From: Bacteriovoracaceae bacterium
Lineage (GTDB): Bacteria > Bdellovibrionota > Bacteriovoracia > Bacteriovoracales > Bacteriovoracaceae
Reading direction: 5' to 3'
DNA length: 64,000 nucleotides
Assembly: GCA_965217035.1 (NCBI GenBank)
Contig: OZ244226.1
Span: forward strand, 1,346,146 to 1,410,145
Of this stretch, positions 1-10,812 are shown piece by piece; the stretch's first letter is position 1; every line of letters begins with the position of its first letter. The notes beneath the pieces are model-generated. The model was not told the origin of the DNA and ran no database searches. It saw nothing but the letters and a program-made list of their open reading frames with translations. A program made the translations under genes and the position numbers.

Positions 1-52
1 CTAAGAACTGAACACTATTAGAACCAATATCTATTGCTGCTTTATTTTTCAT
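1..52 (-). CDS. Ppx/GppA exopolyphosphatase family protein, 5' fragment (continues off the window)
   Basis: Not in the ORF track. ATG at 52-50 overlaps the TGA of the upstream gene (ATGA) and reads MKNKAAIDIGSNSVQFL; AAIDIGSNS is the Ppx/GppA N-terminal ASKHA motif. Confidence 0.75.
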   Translation of the reverse strand, partial: MKNKAAIDIGSNSVQFL

Positions 53-1962
53 TGAACAATCTTGAAATCTTCATCTTTTTCTAGTTTAAAACTGATTTGA
101 TCACTTCCAAACTTATTAAGGATATATTTTTTTAATTTTTTCGAAGGTTTTTCAAACATTGTTGAAAAAGAATATTGCTTACTTCCTTGAATAAAATTTA
201 ACTGACCTGATCTTTGATAGCGATTCTTTGTTGCAGGGCTATATTTCCAATTTATTTTTAAATCACCATTAATATTAGTCCCCATAAGAGATAATCTTTT
301 AAATTTTTTCTCAATTAATAGTTTTGAAAAATTTTTATCACTTGCATCAATAATATTTTTATTTAAAAGTTCTAGTAGGTTGACCCATTCAAACTCTCCA
401 TTTGTTATTGTCATATCAAATGCTTTTTCAATATTATCTTCCTCAAATTGTTGTGAAATTCTTCCTTTAGAAATAAGTCCTTTTAGGTTTATACCTGGAG
501 CATCTAAAAGAGTTTCTAAAACTCTGGCCGGAGATTTTTTGAGGTCAAAATTATAATTCGTTTTATTTTCTGGATAAAAATAGATTAAACTTCCTTTAGC
601 CTTCGCTGTTGATTCTTTCCTTAGAATTATGTCTTCAAAGGTTAAACCATCCAATGCAACCGTTCCCTCAGCCTTTAGGTTATAACTAATTTTATCGATA
701 TCAATTTTTTTTACTATAATCTGAATTGGGAAACCAATATCTTCAACCCCTTGAATTATTTTAAAAAGGCCTGGAAGACGATTCTTTAGATCAGTTAGGT
801 TATGCTTATTACTAAACTCTAAATATTCTTTCGTAAGCTTAACATTTTCAAGAGACTTGAGATTAAAAAGAAAGTCTTTAACCTCATATCTTAAATCGAT
901 TCCTTGTTCATCAATAAACTTTAAATCCCAGAGATAGGAAAGAGCATTTCCTTTTTTTATTCTATGAGTAACCTGAATACAATCGCCAAGGTATGTGAGA
1001 TTCGGTTTCCAAATATCCTGCTCATAATGAAAAGATAATGTTCCATCGATATTAGTATTCTCAGACTTAGAACAGGTATAATACTTATCAATATAGAGAT
1101 GATCCTTTACTAATTTCTCTGTCGTAATAAAGTCATCTAAACGAATGACAAGTTTTTGTGAATCAGCAGATATAAGAATGTCACCTTTCGCATTATCACT
1201 TAGACCTGTTAATTTAAAAATATAGGACTCTGGAGCAGGACTCGTCATCACTTTAAAGGTTAAATCATTAAGGTAGCCTCTCGTTTCATTAAAATCTTTG
1301 AAGGTAAGATAAGATTCCATTTTAATATTTCGAGATTTTAAGAAATTTCCAAGGTCGATTTCTCCATACAGACGATAAGATCCATCTTGAACACCTCCAT
1401 CTATTTCAAAAGCTGTGTAATGAGACATATTTAAGTTCTTGAAAAAAACTTTTTCAAAAACTGTTTTTGAGTCTGAATCATTAATTTTTAACTGAAGATC
1501 AGTCGCCTTAAAAGAAACCTTATTCCGATCAATTAATTGAGGAAGATCAAGTTGTATAGTTGTTTCCTTTTCTTGATCAGCAAAAAAAACTGATTTTAGT
1601 TTTTTTGAATTTTTAAAATTAACTTGAAGTCCTTTAGTCTTTAATCGAATCTCTCGATTACCAAGAAAAGCTCCGACTGGGATATCTAAAGTTAACTCTG
1701 GTGCTTTTAATAAAATATTTCCACTCGTTTTCGATCTTACAGAAAAGTTCTCCATTCTGTAGCGTAACTTATTTGAAACTTTAAAATCTATATTAGAGAC
1801 TTCAAGCTCATAGTTTGGAAAATTTTTATTAAAATAATAACTGATTTTCGTAAAGAATTTCGCTTGGTTAAACTGAGAAATAACCCAAGCATAGAATGAA
1901 CCTAAAAAAAGAATTCCAAATGCTGTCAAAAAAGAAGCAAAGGTAAATGTTTTTTTATTCAT
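49..1962 (-). CDS. Membrane-anchored beta-rich hypothetical protein, possibly AsmA-like
   Basis: 637-aa ORF with one N-terminal hydrophobic helix followed by alternating-polarity beta-strand-like sequence; overlaps the gatB stop. The family call is tentative. Confidence 0.5.
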   Translation of the reverse strand: MNKKTFTFASFLTAFGILFLGSFYAWVISQFNQAKFFTKISYYFNKNFPNYELEVSNIDFKVSNKLRYRMENFSVRSKTSGNILLKAPELTLDIPVGAFLGNREIRLKTKGLQVNFKNSKKLKSVFFADQEKETTIQLDLPQLIDRNKVSFKATDLQLKINDSDSKTVFEKVFFKNLNMSHYTAFEIDGGVQDGSYRLYGEIDLGNFLKSRNIKMESYLTFKDFNETRGYLNDLTFKVMTSPAPESYIFKLTGLSDNAKGDILISADSQKLVIRLDDFITTEKLVKDHLYIDKYYTCSKSENTNIDGTLSFHYEQDIWKPNLTYLGDCIQVTHRIKKGNALSYLWDLKFIDEQGIDLRYEVKDFLFNLKSLENVKLTKEYLEFSNKHNLTDLKNRLPGLFKIIQGVEDIGFPIQIIVKKIDIDKISYNLKAEGTVALDGLTFEDIILRKESTAKAKGSLIYFYPENKTNYNFDLKKSPARVLETLLDAPGINLKGLISKGRISQQFEEDNIEKAFDMTITNGEFEWVNLLELLNKNIIDASDKNFSKLLIEKKFKRLSLMGTNINGDLKINWKYSPATKNRYQRSGQLNFIQGSKQYSFSTMFEKPSKKLKKYILNKFGSDQISFKLEKDEDFKIVQ

Positions 1963-3371
1963 AGCCCTAATAGTTTTTTCACTAATTCACTAGTGATTTT
2001 GGGATTTCCTTGTCCCTTCGTCTTTTTCATAACTTGCCCTACAAAAAAGCCCATAACTCGATCTCGACCACCCTTCAGTTCTTCAACCTCTTTCGGATGT
2101 TTCTCGATTAGCTCTTTGACAATAGTTTCAAGCTCAGAAGAATCATTGTTTTGTTTAAGACCTTTTGCTTCAATAATATCACCGGCAGATTTTCCAGTAT
2201 CAAACATCTCCAAGAGAACATCTTTTGCCACTTTTCCTGAAATTTCATCTCGATCAACAAAACCCATAAGATTCACAAGACTCTTAGGTGTAATATTATT
2301 TAACTTATCAAACTCAATATTAGCTTCATTTGCAAGGCCAAGAAGATCTCCTAGAACCCAATTTGCAACTTTCTTCTTATCGCCTTGATAATGCTTACAA
2401 CACTCTTCAAAGTAATTCGCGAGACTTAAAGATCGAGCAATAATCACGGCATCATATTCCCTAATCTCATACTCACTTTGAAAACGTATTACTTTCTGAG
2501 CTGGTAACTCTGGTAAGTCATCCTTAGCCTTTTTGATTTCTGCCTCTGTTATTATTAAAGGAAGAAGGTCAGGCTCAAGATAATAACGATAATCATCTGC
2601 ATCAGTTTTCGTTCTTAAAACTTTTGTTTTTTGTGTTTCTACATCAAAGAGGAGGGTCTGCTGGAGAACTTTCTCACCGGCATCTAAAATTTTACTTTGA
2701 CGTTCAAATTCATATTCAATCGCTTTTTCGACACTTCTAAAACTATTAAGATTTTTCGTTTCTGTCCGAGTTCCGTACTCTTTAGAACCTTTTTTTCTCA
2801 AGGATATATTGATATCACACCGAAAATTTCCATCCTGCATATTTGCATGAGAAACACCGGTATACTTTAAAATTTGATGCAAACTCTTTAAATAATTAAG
2901 AACGACAGAAGCATCTCCTCCTTCGATAGTCTTTGAAACAATCTCGATAAGTGGAGTTCCAGCTCTATTTAAATTGATTAATGAGTTTTCACCTTCATGA
3001 CTTGATTTCCCTGTATCTTCTTCAAGTTGAATTCTTTCAATCTCTACACCTTCAAGCATACCATTTTCAGCAATTGGAGTATGGTATTGAGTAATCTGAT
3101 ATCCTTTCGGAAGATCAGGATAAAAATAGTTCTTTCTATCAAAATAAGAAACTCTATTTATTTTTTTACACTCAAGAGCGTGAGCTAGGCGAAGAGCATA
3201 TTTAACTGACTTTTTATTAAGGACAGGTAAAGTTCCTGGTTGAGCACTGCAGATTTCACAGACATAATGATTCTCGAAACCATTGACTTTGATTTCACAA
3301 TTACACCAAGCCTTAGTATTCGTTGCTAATTGGGTGTGAACTTCAACTCCAAAAACTGCTTCATAACTCAT
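1959..3371 (-). CDS. gatB: Asp-tRNA(Asn)/Glu-tRNA(Gln) amidotransferase subunit B
   Basis: GVEVHTQL, FDRKNYFYPDLPKGYQITQ, RCDINIS, ETKNLNS and GFFVGQVMK motifs. Confidence 0.97.
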   Translation of the reverse strand: MSYEAVFGVEVHTQLATNTKAWCNCEIKVNGFENHYVCEICSAQPGTLPVLNKKSVKYALRLAHALECKKINRVSYFDRKNYFYPDLPKGYQITQYHTPIAENGMLEGVEIERIQLEEDTGKSSHEGENSLINLNRAGTPLIEIVSKTIEGGDASVVLNYLKSLHQILKYTGVSHANMQDGNFRCDINISLRKKGSKEYGTRTETKNLNSFRSVEKAIEYEFERQSKILDAGEKVLQQTLLFDVETQKTKVLRTKTDADDYRYYLEPDLLPLIITEAEIKKAKDDLPELPAQKVIRFQSEYEIREYDAVIIARSLSLANYFEECCKHYQGDKKKVANWVLGDLLGLANEANIEFDKLNNITPKSLVNLMGFVDRDEISGKVAKDVLLEMFDTGKSAGDIIEAKGLKQNNDSSELETIVKELIEKHPKEVEELKGGRDRVMGFFVGQVMKKTKGQGNPKITSELVKKLLGL

Positions 3372-4801
3372 GCTTGCATTCCTTTCATAAAATTATGAGC
3401 AAAGCTAAGTAATCTCTCATCATCAAAAGCCTTTCCAATCAACTGAAAACCAGTCGGCATTTTGTTCTCAGACGAGGTTCCGCTGGGTAATGCAATAGAA
3501 GGAAGCCCTGCCAAATTAACAGGAATTGTATAGAGATCGGTCATATACATTTGAAGAGGTGTTAAGTCTTCATCTCGCCTAAATGAGGTGGTTGCACAAA
3601 CCGGAGAAAATACAAAATCACACTTTTCATAAGCCTTATAAAAATCATCCCTTATAAGACGCCTTACTTTACAGGCATGATTAAAGTATTCATCACTATA
3701 ACCAGAGGAAAGACAGAATGTTCCAAGAAGGATTCTTCTTTTAACTTCATCGCAAAAACCTTCCGTTCTAGAAGCGATATAAACTTGCTCTAGACCTGAC
3801 TGTCCTTTAGCGCTATGACCATAATGAATACCATCAAATCTTGCGAGATTAGATGAAGCTTCTGAAGTTGCAATAATATAGTAAACAGCAACTGAATATT
3901 TCGAATGTGGAAGCTCTACTTCAATTAACTCAGCCCCAAGATTTTTAATTTTATCAAGACTCTCTTTTAAATTTTTTTGAACATCGCTTCTACAGTTTTC
4001 AATAAACTCTGGATAATAACCAATTTTAAAACCTTTTAAGGATTTTGATTTATTTTTTAAGAGATAATCAACACTTTTAGTACTTCCTAAAGGTGCTTGG
4101 GTTGAATCATTGGGATCATTTTCTGTTAACTGATCTAAAATGATGGCCATATCAAATGCACTATTTCCAAAAGGAGCGGCTTGATCCAGACTCGAGCCAT
4201 AAGCGATCTGACCATATCGAGATATCCTTCCATAACTTGGCTTAAAACCAACAAGACCACAGAAGTTTGCAGGTAATCGCACTGACCCACCTGTATCTGT
4301 TCCCATACTGAAATAACTTGATTTCTCTAAAACAGAAATGGCTGACCCACCAGAAGAGCCTCCTGGAACGTAATTGGAATCAATCGGATTCGTAACAGGA
4401 CCATAGGCGGTATTATCATTGCTCGATCCCATACCAAATTCGTCACATCCGGTTTTTCCTACAAGAATTCCTCCTGCTTGGTTTAGTCTTCGAGAAACGT
4501 ACCCTTCATAAGGAGGGATATAATTATAAAGCATTTTCGAACCAGCAGTTGTTCGGATATTTTTCGTAATGAAAAGATCTTTCAGTGAATAAGGAATACC
4601 GTGAAGATAAGATTTAACACCGCTTTTAGAGATTTCTGCATCTACCTTTTCTGCTGTTTCTAGAGCTCGCTCAGCCGTAATACTGATAAAGGAATTATTA
4701 GGATTCGTTCCTAAATTCTTTAAGCACTCTTGAGTCAATTCCACAGAACTAACATCTTTATTTTTCAATTTTATATGAGCTTCAAAAATATCTGAAAACA
4801 T
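3368..4801 (-). CDS. gatA: Amidotransferase subunit A
   Basis: Amidase signature PGGSSGGSA, GTDTGGSVRLPA, EASSNLARFDG, EVKRRILLG. Confidence 0.97.
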   Translation of the reverse strand: MFSDIFEAHIKLKNKDVSSVELTQECLKNLGTNPNNSFISITAERALETAEKVDAEISKSGVKSYLHGIPYSLKDLFITKNIRTTAGSKMLYNYIPPYEGYVSRRLNQAGGILVGKTGCDEFGMGSSNDNTAYGPVTNPIDSNYVPGGSSGGSAISVLEKSSYFSMGTDTGGSVRLPANFCGLVGFKPSYGRISRYGQIAYGSSLDQAAPFGNSAFDMAIILDQLTENDPNDSTQAPLGSTKSVDYLLKNKSKSLKGFKIGYYPEFIENCRSDVQKNLKESLDKIKNLGAELIEVELPHSKYSVAVYYIIATSEASSNLARFDGIHYGHSAKGQSGLEQVYIASRTEGFCDEVKRRILLGTFCLSSGYSDEYFNHACKVRRLIRDDFYKAYEKCDFVFSPVCATTSFRRDEDLTPLQMYMTDLYTIPVNLAGLPSIALPSGTSSENKMPTGFQLIGKAFDDERLLSFAHNFMKGMQA

Positions 4802-5112
4802 TATTGATCCTCAATCACCGCATGAATTCTAAATTGTTGGTTGTGTTGATCAGGTGAGTTTTTCAGAACCTCCTCAACTTTCAAAGAAGGAGCGATTTCA
4901 TCGTTCCTTTCCTTATAATGTTCCATTGACTCAGTCAGCGGATTATAAAGAGGTTCAACACCCTCTGTTTTCACTTCATTTAAAGTCTCTATATAAGAGA
5001 GAATTTCTTTAAAGTTCTTTTCATAATCACCAATTTCATTGTCAGCTAATTCAAGTCTTGCGAGTTGACCAACATGCTTTACTAAATCTGAATTGATATT
5101 AATTTTTTTCAT
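4801..5112 (-). CDS. gatC: Amidotransferase subunit C
   Basis: VKHVGQLARLEL...LNEVKTEGVEP; lies directly upstream of gatA. Confidence 0.93.
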   Translation of the reverse strand: MKKININSDLVKHVGQLARLELADNEIGDYEKNFKEILSYIETLNEVKTEGVEPLYNPLTESMEHYKERNDEIAPSLKVEEVLKNSPDQHNQQFRIHAVIEDQ

Positions 5113-7400
5113 TAACTTAAAATCTCAATGGGAGCATATTTTAATAAAAACTTCTTGGTGGAGCCTTCTCGAAATCGGATTGTGATTTTTTCATCGGCGC
5201 CAACTCCCTCTCTTTTGACGATTGTCCCTTCTCCATAAAGGCCATGCTTCACCATTAAACCTTCTGTATATTCAGAATAAACGTCTTCGGAGTGACTCGC
5301 ATTGTAGACAACAGAGCTCGATGCGTCAAAGTAATTATCCGGCTCTTGATTGAAGTCATCGCTATCATCAAAATAAACGCCCTGAGGTTTTGGTTTAGGT
5401 TTTTTGCTGCGCTGACTTCCTTTCTTTCCAATGAATTGCCATTGTAAATAATCTTCAGGGATTTCAAATAAAAAACGGCTTGGTTCATGAAACTGAACAC
5501 GTCCCCAAAGTAAGCGACTCTTGCAAAAAGAGATATAAAGTTTTTCCATCGCTCGAGTCATCGCAACATAAAAAAGTCTTCTCTCTTCTTCAAGCCTATC
5601 TTCACCTTCTTCCAAACTCATGATGGAAGGAAAAAGATTTTCTTCAGCACCTACCACAAAGACATGATCGTATTCCAAGCCTTTTGAACTATGAACCGTC
5701 ATAAGAGGAAGTTGATCAGTAAACTCTTCATCCCCATCAACGTTTTGATCCAATGTTACAGTCTCAAGAAAACCACCAATACTTGCTTCTTCTCCAGCTT
5801 GCTTTGACAGAACTTCGTATTGTTTTACGGCATTAATAAGTTCTTTCAGATTATCGATTCGCGCTAAATTTTCATAGCTTTTTACAGAACGAAGGTTGAG
5901 CAGATAGCCCGATTCTTCTAAAAGTTTTTCAAGACAATAACTAGGAGATTCTCCATTACTATCCATCATCTTAACTTCTTCAATGGTAGAAACAAATTCT
6001 TTGATAGCAGCCTTTACTTTGGCTGATAATCGAAGATGTTTGTATTCTTCGAGATTCGTTTGAATTTTCACCATCATTTCATACAAAGAAAGTCCTAACT
6101 TAATTGCTTCTGTCTCTATCTTTCTAAGAGTTACGGCTCCTATACCTCTTGCAGGTGAATTAATCACTCGACTAAGAGACAAAGAATCTTTTGAATTGTT
6201 GATCACTTTCAAATAACTGAGAGCATCTTTAACTTCTTTACGATCATAGAATTTAATCCCCCCAATAATTTTATAAGGGATTTGTTTCCTTCGGAGCGCG
6301 TCTTCTATAATCCGTGATTGAGAATTATTTCTATAGAAAACCGCCATATCGCTTAAAGCGATACCTTGTGCATTCAACCACATCGCTTTTTCAGTGACAA
6401 AATTTGCTTCAGTTGTATCGTCAATACATTCAACAACTTCAATCGAATCACCCTGGGGATTTTCAGTCCAAAGCTCTTTACCTTTCCTTTGTGTATTTTG
6501 CTTAATAACAAAAGAGGCTGCTTCGATGATGTTTTTTGAAGAGCGATAATTTTGTTCTAATTTCACAATCTCGACGTTTTCAAAATATTCTTCGAAATCG
6601 AGAATATTGTGGATATCGGCTCCTCGCCATGAATAAATTGATTGATCTTCATCACCAACAACACAAATATTTCCGGAAGTACCTGCTAAATGCTTTAAAA
6701 GTAAAAACTGAGCTCTATTAGTGTCTTGGTATTCATCAATGAGAAGGTATTTAAATCGATTTTGATAACGCTCAAGTATCTTGGGATGCTTTGAAAAGAG
6801 CTCAACCATTCCAACAATCAAGCCACCAAAATCAACAGCATTCGAAGCATGAAGTTCTCTTTCATATTCCTCATAAATATCAAAGAAAAGATCATCTTTA
6901 TCAACTTCCCATTCATCCCCTAAAACATTGTAATCTTCACAGTCTTTAAAATAACCAATATTTTTTAAGCTATTAATAAAATACTTTATTTCGGTTGGAT
7001 TAATTTCTTTTTGAGAGAGGCCACGACGAGACATAATAGCCTTGATAACAGATAACATTTCTGAATCATCATAAATCGTAAAATTACGGCTTAATCCAAT
7101 ATAAGAAGCTTCTGTTCTAAGAATTCGAGCACAAAAAGAGTGAAAGGTTGTAAGGAAAAGATTTCCAAACTGATCACCTGTATAAGAACGAATTCTTTCC
7201 TGCATCTCCTTTGCAGCTTTATTTGAAAAAGTCATCGCCAGGATATGAAAAGAAGGAATCTTAAGTTCCATGAGTAGGTATTGGATTTTCGTAACGAGTG
7301 TTCTCGTCTTACCAGAACCAGCTCCCGCTAGAATCATCATGGGACCTTCGTTATGAAGAACAGCATTCTTTTGTGGTTCGTTTAAGTTAGATAAATCCAT
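5112..7400 (-). CDS. pcrA: UvrD/PcrA-family ATP-dependent DNA helicase
   Basis: AGAGSGKT, IDEYQDTN, VGDEDQSIYSWRGA, LEQNYRS, MTVHSSKGLEY, EERRLFYVAMTRA; C-terminal Tudor-like tail. Confidence 0.93.
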   Translation of the reverse strand: MDLSNLNEPQKNAVLHNEGPMMILAGAGSGKTRTLVTKIQYLLMELKIPSFHILAMTFSNKAAKEMQERIRSYTGDQFGNLFLTTFHSFCARILRTEASYIGLSRNFTIYDDSEMLSVIKAIMSRRGLSQKEINPTEIKYFINSLKNIGYFKDCEDYNVLGDEWEVDKDDLFFDIYEEYERELHASNAVDFGGLIVGMVELFSKHPKILERYQNRFKYLLIDEYQDTNRAQFLLLKHLAGTSGNICVVGDEDQSIYSWRGADIHNILDFEEYFENVEIVKLEQNYRSSKNIIEAASFVIKQNTQRKGKELWTENPQGDSIEVVECIDDTTEANFVTEKAMWLNAQGIALSDMAVFYRNNSQSRIIEDALRRKQIPYKIIGGIKFYDRKEVKDALSYLKVINNSKDSLSLSRVINSPARGIGAVTLRKIETEAIKLGLSLYEMMVKIQTNLEEYKHLRLSAKVKAAIKEFVSTIEEVKMMDSNGESPSYCLEKLLEESGYLLNLRSVKSYENLARIDNLKELINAVKQYEVLSKQAGEEASIGGFLETVTLDQNVDGDEEFTDQLPLMTVHSSKGLEYDHVFVVGAEENLFPSIMSLEEGEDRLEEERRLFYVAMTRAMEKLYISFCKSRLLWGRVQFHEPSRFLFEIPEDYLQWQFIGKKGSQRSKKPKPKPQGVYFDDSDDFNQEPDNYFDASSSVVYNASHSEDVYSEYTEGLMVKHGLYGEGTIVKREGVGADEKITIRFREGSTKKFLLKYAPIEILS

Positions 7401-9214
7401 TATTCAACAGTTACCGACTTCGCAAGATTTCGAGGCTTATCAATATCCGTTCCTTTTTCTTTTGCAATATAATAAGAGAGAACTTGCATTACCACATTCG
7501 CAAAAACGGGACTGAAATAACGAAGTCCTTCAAAGTCTAGCTGAATATAATAATCTGATATCGATTCAAGCTTAGGGTGATTTTTGATCCCTACTGTTAG
7601 AATTTTTCCTCGCCTTGCTTTTACTTCTTCAGTGTTTGAAAGTGTTTTTTCAAAAAGCTCATCTCCTATAATAGAGATATTGACCATTTGATCATCAATT
7701 AAGGCAATAGGTCCATGTTTAAGCTCTCCTGCGGCATAGCCTTCAGCATGAACATAAGCAATTTCCTTTAACTTGAGAGCTCCTTCAAGTGCGATCGGAA
7801 AATAAGTATTTCTTCCTGTAAAAATAAACCCTTTATCTTTATAAATCTCTTGAGCTACTTTTCTTATCTCTTCAACTTTTCCCAAAAGACTCTCAGTTCT
7901 ATCACTTAATAAATTCAACTCGGCTTCAAGATGAGGAACTGCATCTTCTCCTTTCATTGAAAGAGTCATTAAAGTCCCAACCAAGACCATTAAAGTAAAA
8001 GCTTTAGTACTCGCAACACCAATCTCTTGACCAGCATGAATTAAAAAGTTTTCATCACTCATTCTATAAAGAGTTGAACCTTTTACGTTAACAATAGAAT
8101 AAAGAGTTAATCCTGTTTCTTTACAAAGTTCGGCACAAGCAATGGTATCTGCTGTTTCTCCTGATTGACTGATAAAAAGAGCTAATTCATTTTTAGAAAT
8201 AATTGGGTTTCGATATCTAAACTCACTAGCAAGTTCAACATTGACCTTAACTCGCAATTCGCTTTCAAGAATATTCTTAATAACGAGCCCAGCATGCCAA
8301 GCTGTACCACAGCCAATGATATGAATATGGTCATATTTCTTACCCTTAACTCTTTCTAGAAGCTCCTTCCCCTCATTTAAAGAATAAAAATTCGCAATCT
8401 GTTTAATAAGATAAGGTTGTTCATGGATTTCTTTTAACATGAAATGTTCATAATCCCCTTTTGTTGAAAGCGTTTGTTGAACATTTCTATCTTCTTTTTG
8501 AAATTCATTAGAGACGTTACCCTCTAGATCATAAAAATGAATATAAGCATTTTCGGGATCTAGCTCACAAAGAATTTCATCGCTTGGAAAAAATAAACGA
8601 TCAACATAACCAACCAAGGCGTAAGGGTCAGAAGATAAAAATAATTCTCCTTGGTTATTACCAGATTTTCTTCCACAGACGAGCGGAGCCGATCTTTTGA
8701 TAGCAAAAAGTTTATTCTCTTCTTTACTAAGTATAACAACTGCAGAGTTACCTTCAATTTGCTTAAAGGTTTCAATAATTGAGCTCTTTAAATCTCCACT
8801 TTTTCTATAAATTTTAGTCAGAAGAACAAGAAAAACCTCAGTGTCTGTTTCTGAATAAAACTTTTCACCTTCTTTGACTAAGATTTCTTTTAATTCAAAA
8901 GCGTTCTCAATAATACCGTTATGAACAATAGAAAGAATTTCGTTCCCATGAGGGTGAGCATTGGTATCGTTCACTTTTCCATGCGTTGCCCATCGCGTGT
9001 GTCCAATGGCAATTGATGTTTTTGGGTTATCTTTAGAGAGAACACCTCTTAGGTTTTCAAGCTTTCCTTCTTTTTTAATCACTTCTAACTCTCCAGAAGT
9101 ATTTTTAAAGGAAATTCCCGCTGAATCATAACCTCTATATTCGAGGCGCTGAAGCCCTTCTAACACAGGTTCAACAGCATCACGAGATCCAACATAACCA
9201 ACAATTCCGCACAT
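7400..9214 (-). CDS. glmS: Glutamine-fructose-6-phosphate aminotransferase
   Basis: MCGIVG, LEYRGYDSAG, GHTRWATHG, SQSGETAD, C-terminal PRNLAKSVTVE. Confidence 0.98.
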   Translation of the reverse strand: MCGIVGYVGSRDAVEPVLEGLQRLEYRGYDSAGISFKNTSGELEVIKKEGKLENLRGVLSKDNPKTSIAIGHTRWATHGKVNDTNAHPHGNEILSIVHNGIIENAFELKEILVKEGEKFYSETDTEVFLVLLTKIYRKSGDLKSSIIETFKQIEGNSAVVILSKEENKLFAIKRSAPLVCGRKSGNNQGELFLSSDPYALVGYVDRLFFPSDEILCELDPENAYIHFYDLEGNVSNEFQKEDRNVQQTLSTKGDYEHFMLKEIHEQPYLIKQIANFYSLNEGKELLERVKGKKYDHIHIIGCGTAWHAGLVIKNILESELRVKVNVELASEFRYRNPIISKNELALFISQSGETADTIACAELCKETGLTLYSIVNVKGSTLYRMSDENFLIHAGQEIGVASTKAFTLMVLVGTLMTLSMKGEDAVPHLEAELNLLSDRTESLLGKVEEIRKVAQEIYKDKGFIFTGRNTYFPIALEGALKLKEIAYVHAEGYAAGELKHGPIALIDDQMVNISIIGDELFEKTLSNTEEVKARRGKILTVGIKNHPKLESISDYYIQLDFEGLRYFSPVFANVVMQVLSYYIAKEKGTDIDKPRNLAKSVTVE

Positions 9215-10633
9215 CTATTTATCCTTTGTCTTTAAATACTTTTTTGCTAAACCTTCTCTGGTTTCTTGCTTTCCTCGAGCAATCGCGAATCCACCATCAG
9301 GAACATCTTTATTAATCGTTGAACCTGCTGCAATAAAAGCCTCATTACCAATCTTTACAGGTGCAATCATTTGGCAGTCTGAACCAACAAAAGTACCTGA
9401 GCCAATTTCAGTAAAATGCTTGTTAGCCCCATCATAATTACAAGTAATGAAACCACAACCAATATTAGAGTTCTCTCCTATTGTAGCGTCACCAACATAA
9501 CTAAGATGCGACACCTTAGCACCTTTTTCTAGCTTGGCCTTTTTAATCTCTACGAAATTTCCAACTTTGCATTCATTACCAATTTCAGCACCTGGTCTTA
9601 ATCGTGCAAAAGGACCAATAGAAGCATTTTCATGGACAATTGTGTCTTCTAAGTAAGAATGACCTAAGACTTTGGTATTCTTTCCAATTTTTGAGTTTTT
9701 CAAAAATGTCCCTGACTCGATAACGGCACCTTCAGCTATTCGAGTTCCTGCTTTAAGATAAGTATTTGCTGATAACGTACTCCCCGCCTCAACTTCTACA
9801 TCCCAGTCTATATATAAGCTTTTTGAATCTTCTATATAGACACCTTTATCTCGAAATGCTGAAATTTTTCTTTCTTTTAATAAAAGTCCCGCTCTTTCTA
9901 GTTGAGTGGGATCATTGATCCCAAGAAAATAATCATCATTTCTATAAGGCAATGCTTTAACAAACTCATCAGCCCTAAAAAGATCTGTTAAGTAAAATTC
10001 TCCCGCATTATTATCTGAAGTTAATTTTCCAAGGTACTTCTTTATATAAGATGTTTTGAAAAGATAAAGCCCTGAGTTTACTTCTCGAATTTCTTTCTCT
10101 ATAGCATTGGCATCTTTCTCTTCGATGATGGTAAAACCTTTGTCTTCTCTTTTGATTCTTCCATATCCAAAAGGATTAGTTTCAAAACTAACGGCAACAC
10201 CTTGAAGGTCAGCATTTCTCTCAAACTGTTGGAACATTTCTTCGTAAATTTCCTTGATAATCAAAGGAGTGTCGACACAACTGATAAGTGTATATTCATA
10301 ATCCCAATAATGAGGAAGATCGTTAAAAAAACATTGAAGTGCATGACCTGTTCCGTTCTGTTCTGCTTGATGGGCTACTTCAATCTTTTTATCTTTCAAC
10401 TCTTCTGAATAATTATTACTCAAATGAGCCTCTACCAGCTCTTTTCCGTGACCTAAAACAAGACCAACGTTTAAATCATAACCCTTCCACAAACTAAAAT
10501 TCGCTAGTTCCTGAAGACTAAAATCAATGAGAGTTTGCCCCAATAGTGGAGCAATTGCCTTAGGCATTGGAAGCTTTAATCGAGTTCCTTTTCCCGCTGC
10601 TAATAACGCTACGCCGCATTGTTTTTTTGGCAT
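9215..10633 (-). CDS. glmU: Bifunctional GlcNAc-1-P uridyltransferase/acetyltransferase
   Basis: LAAGKGTR, GYGRI, EFYLTD, hexapeptide repeats, HLSYVGD, CNYDG. Start placed at ATG 10633 (AGGAG upstream) rather than 10651. Confidence 0.96.
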   Translation of the reverse strand: MPKKQCGVALLAAGKGTRLKLPMPKAIAPLLGQTLIDFSLQELANFSLWKGYDLNVGLVLGHGKELVEAHLSNNYSEELKDKKIEVAHQAEQNGTGHALQCFFNDLPHYWDYEYTLISCVDTPLIIKEIYEEMFQQFERNADLQGVAVSFETNPFGYGRIKREDKGFTIIEEKDANAIEKEIREVNSGLYLFKTSYIKKYLGKLTSDNNAGEFYLTDLFRADEFVKALPYRNDDYFLGINDPTQLERAGLLLKERKISAFRDKGVYIEDSKSLYIDWDVEVEAGSTLSANTYLKAGTRIAEGAVIESGTFLKNSKIGKNTKVLGHSYLEDTIVHENASIGPFARLRPGAEIGNECKVGNFVEIKKAKLEKGAKVSHLSYVGDATIGENSNIGCGFITCNYDGANKHFTEIGSGTFVGSDCQMIAPVKIGNEAFIAAGSTINKDVPDGGFAIARGKQETREGLAKKYLKTKDK

Positions 10634-10731
10634 TTTATCTCCTCTTTGCATTTATTATTATCATGTTAGTGAACGCCTTAAAAGCTGACAATTTTGAATC
10701 GAAATCAATCAAAAAAGAGGCAAAAAATTCC

Positions 10732-10759
10732 TAAAGGCACATCCCTTTTTTCCCGATCA
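10732..10759 (+). promoter_or_regulatory. Candidate sigma28-like promoter upstream of lon
   Basis: TAAA-N16-CCCGATCA; same spacing as the site upstream of the flagellin at 35145. Confidence 0.35.
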
Positions 10760-10812
10760 TCTCTTAGTAAGTACCTGCTGGCATACAGCCAACTCATGGA
10801 ATTGGAGGATTC

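Noticed and set aside
9200..9230. glmS ribozyme
   Set aside because: The glmU stop directly abuts the glmS start, leaving no leader.
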